Origin: Planctomycetota bacterium
Lineage (GTDB): Bacteria > Planctomycetota > GCA-002687715 > DRQF01
Reading direction: 5' to 3'
DNA: 21,765 nucleotides
Assembly (NCBI GenBank): GCA_027001995.1
Contig: JALTLO010000156.1
Span: forward strand, 1 to 21,765
A program made the translations under genes and the position numbers. Below are positions 7,803-16,660 of this stretch, one piece after another (the first letter of the stretch is position 1; each line of letters opens with the position of its first letter). The notes beneath the pieces were generated by a model. The model saw nothing but the letters and a program-made list of their open reading frames with translations. It did no database searches and had not been told where the DNA came from.

Positions 7803-8044
7803 TGCTCGCCTCCTCTGCTTTGGCCTGGGGCCGCTAAGCTACAACAAGTGCAAAATGGATTGTCCGAGTTGCCTTCTCCGTTGGCGCATGCGGCACAAAA
7901 GCAACCATCGACATCGGCTTCAGGAGTTCCGCAGATGCACTCGGAGACAGGATTGTTTCCCATCCGGCTGTACGCCCCGTCACTACTGCATGCCCCCAAA
8001 CTAAAAAGGACTATAATCATGACCAAGGGAATCGACTTCTTCAT
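7799..8044 (-). CDS. Small Cys-rich lipoprotein, 81 aa
   Basis: AAGGAG RBS, MKKSIPLVMIIVLFSLGAC lipobox, then CICGTPEADVDGCFCAACANGEGNSDNPFCTCC. The track's start at 8128 is probably too far upstream. Confidence 0.8.
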   Translation of the reverse strand: MKKSIPLVMIIVLFSLGACSSDGAYSRMGNNPVSECICGTPEADVDGCFCAACANGEGNSDNPFCTCCSLAAPGQSRGGEQ

Positions 8045-8582
8045 TTTGTCTTCCTCCTTCGCGTTGCAATGTCGTGAGATCCAAAACGCAACAGCGGACA
8101 AAAGTCCAGTTGCCGTCCATCTCAACAACGAACCTGCAGCTCAGTTTATTCACGACAACGCCGAAGACTTTTGTTCATTCATTTTTTCTTTTGTGCGAAG
8201 AGTCGAAGCGGTCTGAGCTCAATTTCATCTGTCACATTTTTGTGAATCTGTCACAGAAATGAGTCGCGCTCACGAGCATGGAGTCGAAGGCAGCCAGTTG
8301 CTTCAACGATAATGGTCAATCCTGGGGCGCCCGCCACCCGATGAAATAAGAATCTGCTGCCTGCCCAGAAATTCCTTCGAAACGACATCAGGAATCTGTA
8401 GTTTGACGCGATAGAAAAAGTCGCATAGGCTCCACGCGGGATGAATAGCAAGAGACAAATGAAACACACAAGAAATCACGAAACACCGTGCACTTCAATC
8501 ACTTCATGCCTCCCCCGTCTAACTGTGCGAGTTCGACGGATTTCACTCAACAGCACCAACTTTTTGCCTGCAATGAGGATCC

Positions 8583-9137
8583 ATGCAAAAAGTAAGTGAA
8601 GACAAGCTGCTAAGAATTGTCGATTCGATCGTGTCAAATCGAAAAAATGATGAGGCTTGGAATCAGTTCGCCATCAGCAGTTGGTCAACCGTTCTCGCTG
8701 CCACAAGGCAACTCAACATTGAATTGGATCCGAAAGAAGTTCATGCGGAAGTCATGGTGCGGATGTTTCGCCATGCAAAATTAGCCAATTTCTCCACCGA
8801 AGCTGGCATTCGGGCATACATCTGGGTTGTAGTCCGGACGATCGGCACCAATCACAAGAAGGTGAGTCATCCCCATGTTGACTTGCTTGACGACGAAAAC
8901 CCTGGAACGACCGTGGTGCAACCGACGGAGCGAACCATCATGGGGGAGCTCGTCAGATCTCTCAAACACCACTTAGAAGACCAAGAAATTGAGCTTGTAG
9001 AGTTGCTTCTCAGAGAAGATACCAGCCGCAAGGAAATGGCCAAACAACTCCAGATCACTGAGGGGTACTTGGCTTCACAGATATCGAGACTGAAAGCTCG
9101 TATTCAGAATCTCCTTGAGAAAAACAAGAAATTTTGA
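8583..9137 (+). CDS. ECF-type RNA polymerase sigma-70 factor (divergent)
   Basis: Region-2-like DPKEVHAEVMVRMF..F....IRAYIWVVVRT and region-4 HTH SRKEMAKQLQITEGYLASQISRLK; RBS GAGG; adjacent anti-sigma. Confidence 0.8.
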   Translation: MQKVSEDKLLRIVDSIVSNRKNDEAWNQFAISSWSTVLAATRQLNIELDPKEVHAEVMVRMFRHAKLANFSTEAGIRAYIWVVVRTIGTNHKKVSHPHVDLLDDENPGTTVVQPTERTIMGELVRSLKHHLEDQEIELVELLLREDTSRKEMAKQLQITEGYLASQISRLKARIQNLLEKNKKF

Positions 9138-9204
9138 GAATTGTTGTCATGAAACGGAACGATCGCGCTTCTTCTAATAACCAGACTAGAGGGAGACCCC
9201 TGAA

Positions 9205-9957
9205 ATGAGGAAGAAAAACGGCACTCAGCCAAGCACAGATCAGGTCGGCCCAAACTGCCTGACCGCCCAAGAGCTTGAAAATTATAGCCACAGTGGTGAC
9301 TTGCCATTAGGCCGTTTGGACCACATTAGCCACTGCCCTTCCTGCGACAAACTTCTGAGCTTGGCAGCCTCACCTCCTGACTTCAGCAATCTGATTGACA
9401 CGCTAATTCAATACGACGGCCCTGAGAGTCCCGCCGGCCCATACCATCTGCAACCTTCTGCTGAAATCCCGACTTCAAGTATGTCGAAATGGATGTTGGC
9501 TCTTTTGTTGGGAATAAGTATCACTCTCGGCTTCTTGACCGCTGAATTCAGAGGCGAAAATGCTCGACTACAACAAGAAATCGCCACATTGGATGGGAAA
9601 ATCACAGACTTGGTAGCGATCAGCAAATCTTTGGAGCCGGTGTCCCGTTGGTCAGAAGAGCGCATCTTAGAATGGTTTTCTAGCAATAATTCTGACTCCG
9701 AAGAGCATCAAGCACAGCTCTTCCTACTGGCCGAAACCAAACACCTGCCACAAGCCATCTGCAAGTCAGCCATCGTACTCGCCGGGGGCTTGGCTGACAG
9801 CAAGGGCAAGTACCTTCTCCACACACTTGCAGCTCGTAATTTTCTTCGCACTTTCAAATGGCCCGAAATTGTGGAGAATGTCCGCAAGGACGCCCACATT
9901 TTAGGCGAAGAACCAGAACACATTCTGTCATCGATTAGGAAATCTATTCAACAATGA
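9205..9957 (+). CDS. Putative membrane-anchored zinc-binding anti-sigma factor
   Basis: N-terminal CLTAQELENY...HISHCPSC (HxxxCxxC, zf-HC2/ZAS motif), TM helix WMLALLLGISITLGFL, then a coiled coil; RBS GGAG. Confidence 0.75.
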   Translation: MRKKNGTQPSTDQVGPNCLTAQELENYSHSGDLPLGRLDHISHCPSCDKLLSLAASPPDFSNLIDTLIQYDGPESPAGPYHLQPSAEIPTSSMSKWMLALLLGISITLGFLTAEFRGENARLQQEIATLDGKITDLVAISKSLEPVSRWSEERILEWFSSNNSDSEEHQAQLFLLAETKHLPQAICKSAIVLAGGLADSKGKYLLHTLAARNFLRTFKWPEIVENVRKDAHILGEEPEHILSSIRKSIQQ

Positions 9958-10181
9958 ATCAATGCGAAAATAGCGACTTCATCCAGCACTACGCTTGGAA
10001 AGATGGCGACAACTTTACGGCAAAAGTAAACGATCATACTGTCAGCGTCATTACCACAGTCCTTGGTGCCAACAAAATTGAAGTCAAGGTGCTCAATGGA
10101 AACTACTCCGCTGGTGACGTTCTTACCATCTATAAGAACGGTAACTTGGTCGAGACCATCACGGTCATTGAATGCCCTTAG
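9954..10181 (+). CDS. Small hypothetical beta-rich protein
   Basis: 75-aa ORF with an ATGA overlap to the anti-sigma gene and a protein-like composition. Confidence 0.6.
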   Translation: MNQCENSDFIQHYAWKDGDNFTAKVNDHTVSVITTVLGANKIEVKVLNGNYSAGDVLTIYKNGNLVETITVIECP

Positions 10182-10207
10182 TCTTTCATCGTCGCCTCCA
10201 GAAAACC

Positions 10208-10873
10208 TCATAGCCTCTGCCCGACAAAGATGATGTGAGTTGGGACACTCTTGCCACGGCCCCCTTTGCACTTGTGCGCCGAAACTTGAAAACCGGCGAC
10301 ACCCAAGCGTTTGGCGAATTCTCGGTCTCCATTGGCAGACCATACGACGAGTCTGCCTCCAGACTTGAGGGCTCGGTAGCACAAGCAAAGACTCTCTTGA
10401 CTATAGAGTTGGCCGTTCTGGGGTGTCACCATGGCGGAGGGGCCATTGTCAACATCCAGAATAATCCCGTCAAATTCGTCCTGGTACCGAAGAATCACAC
10501 GCTGGACATCATCGACCACCACTTCGACACGGGGATCTTGGATGGGATAGTCCGTCTTGGAACCCAATGGGCCCAGATTCCACTCAACGATGGCCGGTAC
10601 AAGTTCGGCTTGTAGGACCCGGCCTGACTCAGAAAGGCGATCCAGAGTGGCGCGTAAGGTAAACCCCATGCCCAGGCCACCAATAAGAACGTTGCTGTCT
10701 CTTGGAGTGGCTGGCAGTGCATAGACAGCGAGTTGCTCCTCGGAATGCCGCAAACGCGTACTCATGAGGACGTCCCCATCTGCCGTCAGAAGAAAGTCCC
10801 GATCGTGCTGAAATAAGGTCAACTCAGCCCCAGATTCCACTTTCGCCGAGCCAATCTTGATTCTGGGTTTCAC
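10208..10873 (-). CDS. Spermidine-synthase-like SAM-dependent methyltransferase
   Basis: LMSTR..HSEEQLA, VLIGGLGMGFTLRATL, AELVPAIVEWN, FDGIILDVDNGP; GTG start after AAAGGA. Confidence 0.9.
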   Translation of the reverse strand: MKPRIKIGSAKVESGAELTLFQHDRDFLLTADGDVLMSTRLRHSEEQLAVYALPATPRDSNVLIGGLGMGFTLRATLDRLSESGRVLQAELVPAIVEWNLGPLGSKTDYPIQDPRVEVVVDDVQRVILRYQDEFDGIILDVDNGPSAMVTPQNGQLYSQESLCLCYRALKSGGRLVVWSANGDREFAKRLGVAGFQVSAHKCKGGRGKSVPTHIIFVGQRL

Positions 10874-11197
10874 GTTTGCGGTCCTTTAATTCTGGATGTA
10901 ATCGGCGAAAATGATAACAACATTCCCCATGCCAGCCTTTGCCTCCCGATCGAGTTAAACCGTCCTCAGACCAACTAGATAGCGAAATCTCGCGATTTGA
11001 GAATCGTCACAATGAGTGGATTACCAAGAACTTCTGAAATTGTTTTGGCTAATTACGTCACTATTCTATGATTCAAACGTCAAGAGGAATGTCTCCGTTA
11101 CAAGGCGTTCCCAAAGCTGACTGAGTAAGCGCCGTACGAAGTTAGCCCACCACTTGCCGGAATAAACAGTATTGAGCTCTGATCAAGGGAGATTGAG

Positions 11198-13885
11198 ATG
11201 CCATTTCGTGTTCGTCTAGGATTGGGCATTTGCTTAGTCGCTACGTCCATATTCGTCAGTTTGTTCGCCTTCCGAACAACCGAAACCAGCCATAGCGATC
11301 GGCAATATGAAATTGTCAAAGAGGTCATTTCTCAGAGCGGGTTTGAGCGCATGAAACCCGTCCACCGGGACATGCTCGAGGAAATCGTCCAGGTACACAA
11401 GAAAGCTGGTCGCCCGATTTATTCTGCGTGTTGGGATACCGCGGGAGCCGATCCAGAAACGATCGATGCATTCAATCAAGCCATTCAGTTGGGTCAGACA
11501 ATTAGCAACGAATTCCAACTTGGCAATCGTTGGTCAAGCACCACACTCAGTGGTGGTGGACTTGGGCAAGGGGACCCAGTCACGATTACGGTGAGTTTCG
11601 TCCCAGATGGAACGACCATTTCTGGGGGTACCGGAGGCACAGCACCCAGCGATCTTTTCGCCTGGATGAACGGTCTTTACGGATCACCTGGGGTTTGGCA
11701 ACAAATCTTCGTTGACGAATTCCTTCGGTGGTCGGGCATCACGGGGATCAAGTATGTTCTTGAACCCAACGACGACGGTGCTTCATTCCCTGGCTCACCA
11801 GGCGCCGCTGGAGTCCGTGGTGACATTCGTATCGGCGCAAAATTCATTGATGGCCCTAGCAGTATTCTGGCGTACAATTACTTTCCCAATACAGGCGACA
11901 TGGTCCTAGACTCCGCCGACACATTCTTCTCCAACATGACGAACAACTCGCGCAAATTGCGTAACGTTATTGCCCACGAAAATGGCCATGGCATTGGGTT
12001 AGCCCATGTCTGCCCAGTCGATCAAACAAAATTGATGGAACCGACTGCAAGCACAGCATTTTTGGGCCCACAATACGACGATAGGCTCGGTGGTCAACGA
12101 CATTACGGCGACGTCTATGAACCCAATAACTCGGTCGGCGCTGCTTCACCTTTGGGAGCTTTGACAATCGGGACAACCACAATCACCGATGTAAGTACGG
12201 ACGACAATAGTGACACCGACACCTACAGCTTCACGGTTCCGAGTTCACGATCTTTGACCGCCATCCTTCGCCCAGTAGGCTCGACCTACAATCAAGGAAC
12301 CCAATCAGGAGGCTGCGGAGCCGGGACGCCCTTCAACTCCCTCGTTGTCTCCGATCTCAGTCTCCAGGTCATTGACAGCGACGGGACTACAATCTTAGGA
12401 ACGGCAAACGTCAACTCCGCTGGTCAAAATGAAGTGCTCTCGGGCATCAGCCTGCCCACAGGCGGTACTTACTATGTTCGGGTAACACCTGATAGCACAA
12501 ATAGCATTCAGTCCTACGAATTGGACATCGATCTGTCGACTGCCACATCAAACGCCGTCGTGATCGAATTCCCTGAGGGCTTGCCAACCACAATTACCCC
12601 AGACTATGTCACCCGTGTTCGCATCGACACACAGAATTCGAGCACGGCCCCAGATCCCAACAACTCTTTCCTCTATGCAAGAATCAATGGAGGCCCTTTT
12701 GTTCAAACACCTCTGGTAGATCTTGGCAACAGCATTTGGTGGGCAAACTTGCCTGCCGCTCCTTGTTATGCCCAAGTCGATTATTACTTCGAGATGTTGC
12801 CATCTGGTGGTGGTGCTTCAACTTTGAGTCCACCTTTGGCACCCGCCGCACTTCACAGCACCACTGTGATCCACCCCAACTCAACCACCGTATTCTCCGA
12901 CGACTTTGAAAGTGATCTGGGATGGACAGTCTTAACTCAAGCCTCCGTCACTGGTGGAATTTGGGAACGGGCTATTCCCAGCGGTGACGGCACTCGTGGT
13001 GACCCTCTGACCGATTTCGACAATAGCGGCAACTGCTTTGTTACTGAAAACGGCGCTGGCAATACAGATGTGGATGGGGGCAACACAAGACTCATCTCCC
13101 CCGTCATCGATCTCTCCGGTCTCTCAGCAGCCCGGGTCAGCTATGCCTTTTGGTACAGCAATGACGTGGGTGCCAACCCCAACGAAGATATCTTCGAAGT
13201 TTGGGTTAGACAAAGTGCCGGTCATCCTTGGATTGCCGTTGAAATGTACAACAACAACGCTGGCGCTTGGGTGCAGCGAGAATTCGAAGTCAGTGATTTC
13301 ATTCCATTGACATCGACATTCCAGATTCGCTTCGTGGCTCAAGATGTCGGCGCAGGTGGTAGCATCGTTGAAGCAGGCATTGACAGTGTCATGATCGAAG
13401 GATGCCCCATCGACAATCCTATCGGCCCATGCGCTGCAGGAAGCGTTGGAGTCACCAATGGCCCACCAGCACCCACCTTGGTCATCAACGGAACCACCGG
13501 GGGAGCAAACCGAGAAGTTTTCGTGCCAGTCAACACGCCATACAGCGTTTTGATGGACAACCCTCCGGGCTTTTCTGGAGCTGGGTATGCCATGTTCGCA
13601 CGGATCGGCAAGCCAACCCCGAGCGAAGCATTCCTGATTAGCCCTCAGGCTGGAGAGATGTGCTTTCTGCCTGCCATTCTTGCCCCAACAGATCCATCGT
13701 TGTTCACAGTGGCATGGGTAGCACCTAACCCGCCATTGGGCGTGCTGGATCCAACGGCAACGCCGACTCCTTGGTTCTCTCAAAGCCCAGGTTTAGGTTT
13801 CCCTTTGACCGTCTCCGTGCAAGCAGTGATTTTGGAAGGCCCGATTCTCAGAGTCTCGAACATGGTCATTCTGACCATTTTCTAA
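11198..13885 (+). CDS. Secreted matrixin-like (M10) zinc metallopeptidase with pre-peptidase C-terminal and further beta-sandwich domains
   Basis: Signal/TM segment, GDIRIGAKFIDGPSSILAYNYFP, metzincin motif HENGHGIGLAH, Met-turn LMEP, PPC-like D.YEPNNS...DTDTYSF...GTYYVRV, and FSDDFESDLGW. Confidence 0.92.
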   Translation: MPFRVRLGLGICLVATSIFVSLFAFRTTETSHSDRQYEIVKEVISQSGFERMKPVHRDMLEEIVQVHKKAGRPIYSACWDTAGADPETIDAFNQAIQLGQTISNEFQLGNRWSSTTLSGGGLGQGDPVTITVSFVPDGTTISGGTGGTAPSDLFAWMNGLYGSPGVWQQIFVDEFLRWSGITGIKYVLEPNDDGASFPGSPGAAGVRGDIRIGAKFIDGPSSILAYNYFPNTGDMVLDSADTFFSNMTNNSRKLRNVIAHENGHGIGLAHVCPVDQTKLMEPTASTAFLGPQYDDRLGGQRHYGDVYEPNNSVGAASPLGALTIGTTTITDVSTDDNSDTDTYSFTVPSSRSLTAILRPVGSTYNQGTQSGGCGAGTPFNSLVVSDLSLQVIDSDGTTILGTANVNSAGQNEVLSGISLPTGGTYYVRVTPDSTNSIQSYELDIDLSTATSNAVVIEFPEGLPTTITPDYVTRVRIDTQNSSTAPDPNNSFLYARINGGPFVQTPLVDLGNSIWWANLPAAPCYAQVDYYFEMLPSGGGASTLSPPLAPAALHSTTVIHPNSTTVFSDDFESDLGWTVLTQASVTGGIWERAIPSGDGTRGDPLTDFDNSGNCFVTENGAGNTDVDGGNTRLISPVIDLSGLSAARVSYAFWYSNDVGANPNEDIFEVWVRQSAGHPWIAVEMYNNNAGAWVQREFEVSDFIPLTSTFQIRFVAQDVGAGGSIVEAGIDSVMIEGCPIDNPIGPCAAGSVGVTNGPPAPTLVINGTTGGANREVFVPVNTPYSVLMDNPPGFSGAGYAMFARIGKPTPSEAFLISPQAGEMCFLPAILAPTDPSLFTVAWVAPNPPLGVLDPTATPTPWFSQSPGLGFPLTVSVQAVILEGPILRVSNMVILTIF

Positions 13886-13913
13886 GGTCAACAACAAAAG
13901 CAGTTCCAGTTTA

Positions 13914-13947
13914 GGGAGTCAGTGGCAGCGCCGCTGGCTCCCTTTTT
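13914..13947 (+). terminator. Rho-independent terminator of the peptidase gene
   Basis: GGGAGTCAGTGGC-AGC-GCCGCTGGCTCCC (13-bp stem with two G:U pairs) followed by TTTTT. Confidence 0.85.
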
Positions 13948-14071
13948 CTATTAAGTCGACAGGCCCCGGAGGTGAACCGCAGACAAGGAATTCATTTCGG
14001 CGTAGAATCAAGCCGCCCCTTTGGGGCTCATGATAGGACAGGGACTTCACACTGAGCTTGGGTGAAAGCAC

Positions 14072-15100
14072 ATGGAAATTCGCATCATTGAAATCATCGC
14101 CTCGGACACCAGCGAAACCCGAATCCATGAGATCATCGAGCAACATAAGACTCTCGACATCTGGAGCCGTCCTCTTGCAGATGGTCGCCGACAAATCCAA
14201 GTGCTCTTGGAAACCAGAGCTACAGAGTCCCTGATGGACGACTTAGAGACCTTTCATGCCAATGAACCAGGATTTCGCCTGTTACTGAGGCAGGTAGAAG
14301 CCACAATCCCGGCAATCAAGGCAGAAGAGACCGACAACAAGGAAGAAAGTGAAAACGAAGCTACGCCCCCACCAAAAGACCGCATCAGCCGCCAAGAGCT
14401 CTACAATGATGTAGCTGGAGGAGCGAAAGACACCGACTATTTCTACCTCAACGTCTTGTTGGCCACCATCGTAGCCGCCATTGGTTTAGTGCGCTCGGAT
14501 ACAGCCATTATTATCGCCGCTATGGTCATCGCCCCGCTTTTGGGCCCCAACATGGCCCTGGCATTAGCTACGACTTTGGGTGACCGAGAGCTGGCGAAAG
14601 CTGCTCTGTGGACCAACGGCAAAGGACTTGCCCTGACCATTCTCGCCAGCTTGGTAATCAGTCTCATTCTCTATTCGGCCCATGAATCCGTGGTGACCTC
14701 AGAGGCCATTCTTTCGCGGACAAACATGGGCTTCGTCGACGTCATCTTGGCCTTAGCAGCGGGAGCTGCCGGGGCTTTGGCATATACTCACAGTGTGTCA
14801 GGAAATTTGGTGGGTGTCATGGTCGCTGTCGCTCTTCTGCCACCAATCCTTTGTAGTGTCCTACTCTTCACCCATGGACAGCCCGTCTTGGCTGGAAAGG
14901 CATTCGTCCTTTTCGTGACGAACGTAGCAGGAGCCAATCTGGCTGCGGTAAGCGTATTCTTACTCAGTGGAATTCGCCCACGAACCTGGTGGGAAGCTGA
15001 TCGGGCCAAACGAGCTGCAAGACGAGCCATCATCGCCTGGGTTGGGCTCATTCTCATATTGTTGTCTCTGCTCTTTCTCACCGTTGGCTTGGGATGGTGA
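14072..15100 (+). CDS. TIGR00341 / DUF389 family membrane protein
   Basis: RISRQELY, VAAIGL..SDTAIIIAAMVIAPLLGPNMALAL, LALAAGAAGAL, LVGVMVAVALLPP. Confidence 0.92.
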   Translation: MEIRIIEIIASDTSETRIHEIIEQHKTLDIWSRPLADGRRQIQVLLETRATESLMDDLETFHANEPGFRLLLRQVEATIPAIKAEETDNKEESENEATPPPKDRISRQELYNDVAGGAKDTDYFYLNVLLATIVAAIGLVRSDTAIIIAAMVIAPLLGPNMALALATTLGDRELAKAALWTNGKGLALTILASLVISLILYSAHESVVTSEAILSRTNMGFVDVILALAAGAAGALAYTHSVSGNLVGVMVAVALLPPILCSVLLFTHGQPVLAGKAFVLFVTNVAGANLAAVSVFLLSGIRPRTWWEADRAKRAARRAIIAWVGLILILLSLLFLTVGLGW

Positions 15101-15129
15101 CAAAGACCACCCCAAAGGCATCGGGGAAA

Positions 15130-15153
15130 GATCGCCTGAATTCCAAGGCGATC
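15130..15153. terminator. Hairpin between convergent genes, possible terminator
   Basis: GATCGCCT-gaattcca-AGGCGATC (8-bp stem); weak U-tract on the minus strand only. Confidence 0.4.
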
Positions 15154-15186
15154 AAGAATCGCCAAGAACCCGCGTTTCGCCCAATC

Positions 15187-16509
15187 TCAATGATCTCGTC
15201 CTGATCGTCCTTGACCTGATGAGCGCGGCTTGCTCCCCCCAGGCTTACGGCGACTGCCCCCTTGGGGTTTTCGCCTAGATGAGGACGCGCCACCACGCTT
15301 GGGACGGCTTTGACCCTGGGCGGGACGGCGGCGACGCCCCCCACCCTGTTGCTTAGGCCCGCTGCCAGGGCCCCCAGATGTGATCTCTCTTTTGGTCGGC
15401 GGGGGTTTCACCCCCAGATCGATCTTCTTGCCAATTTTCTTTTCGATGTCCTTCAAGTGACCATTCTCTTCCGGTGATACGAAGGTGTAAGCATCGCCCT
15501 TTTTCTCCGCCCTGGCCGTTCGACCAACACGATGAATATAGTCTTCAGGCTGGCCAGGGACATCAAAATTGACCACCAAACCCAGAGAATCAACGTCAAT
15601 ACCCCGGGCGGCCACATCGGTGGCAACCAAAACGCGAACTCGACCATTCTTGAAGGCCGACAACGCTCTCTCCCTTTGGGACTGGCTCCGATTTCCGTGA
15701 ATTCTCTCGGCCTCGATGCCATGCCTGGTCAAGAATGTGGTCAAGCGATTGGCACGACTCTTGGTGCGCGTGAAGACCAACACCGAATCCCCACCTCGGT
15801 CGTCCAAAATATCGACTAATAGGCGAGACTTGCGGGCTTGCTCGACATGGAAGATCTTCTGGTTGACACCGGAAGCAGGAGCCTGCTTTCGTTGAATGGC
15901 TATCTGTACCGGATCAATCAGGATCTCGCCGCTGAGTTTGGCAATTTCCTTGGGCATGGTTGCCGAAAAGAACAAGGTCTGCCTGTCTTCTGGGACTCTT
16001 TGAAGAATTCGGCGAATGTCTGGAAGGAATCCCATGTCCAGCATGCGATCCGCTTCATCCAGAATGAGGATTTCGACATTGCGAAAATCGACGTATTTTT
16101 GTTGCATATGGTCCAGAAGACGACCAGGACACGCCACGATCACCTCGACTTTGCGGCGAAACGCCTGTTCTTGAGGGCGCATGCCAACACCACCATAAAC
16201 AGTGGCCACGCGCAAATCGGTGTATTTCGCCAAGTCTCCCATGTCATCGGCGATTTGCCCCGCCAGCTCGCGAGTTGGGGTTAAGACCAACACCCGAGGT
16301 CCTGTCACTTTCTCCTCGAGAAGGTAGTCTAACGTGGGGAGCAGAAAGGCTGCGGTCTTGCCACTGCCGGTGGCGGAACACGCCAGGATGTCGGCACCGT
16401 CGAGGGCCGCAGGAATGGCGTCATGTTGAATCTGCGTTGGACGATCAAATCCGAGATCTCGAATCGCATCCAATAGTTTGGGGTGAAGGCCCAAGGACTT
16501 AAAAGTCAT
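15187..16509 (-). CDS. rhlE: DEAD-box ATP-dependent RNA helicase (RhlE-like)
   Basis: Q motif GFDRPTQIQ, ATGSGKT, PTRELA, DEAD, SAT, ARGID, YIHRVGRTARA; basic G/R/S-rich tail. Confidence 0.92.
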   Translation of the reverse strand: MTFKSLGLHPKLLDAIRDLGFDRPTQIQHDAIPAALDGADILACSATGSGKTAAFLLPTLDYLLEEKVTGPRVLVLTPTRELAGQIADDMGDLAKYTDLRVATVYGGVGMRPQEQAFRRKVEVIVACPGRLLDHMQQKYVDFRNVEILILDEADRMLDMGFLPDIRRILQRVPEDRQTLFFSATMPKEIAKLSGEILIDPVQIAIQRKQAPASGVNQKIFHVEQARKSRLLVDILDDRGGDSVLVFTRTKSRANRLTTFLTRHGIEAERIHGNRSQSQRERALSAFKNGRVRVLVATDVAARGIDVDSLGLVVNFDVPGQPEDYIHRVGRTARAEKKGDAYTFVSPEENGHLKDIEKKIGKKIDLGVKPPPTKREITSGGPGSGPKQQGGGRRRRPAQGQSRPKRGGASSSRRKPQGGSRRKPGGSKPRSSGQGRSGRDH

Positions 16510-16610
16510 GTGGAATTCTCAATTTTCGTGCAAGCAGCACGCTGTCGCTAAAGCGTTGATAGCGACGAAAATGGGTTGGCGAGGATCATCCCTCGCTCTG
16601 GTCTCAGGAT

Positions 16611-16639
16611 AGGTTAAGAATGCCCTGAACAGGGGGCAA
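16611..16639 (-). promoter_or_regulatory. Candidate sigma70 promoter for the helicase
   Basis: Minus strand TTGCCC-17 bp-TAACCT about 100 nt upstream of the ATG. Confidence 0.4.
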
Positions 16640-16660
16640 GGTAGGAAAACGCCAAAGTGC

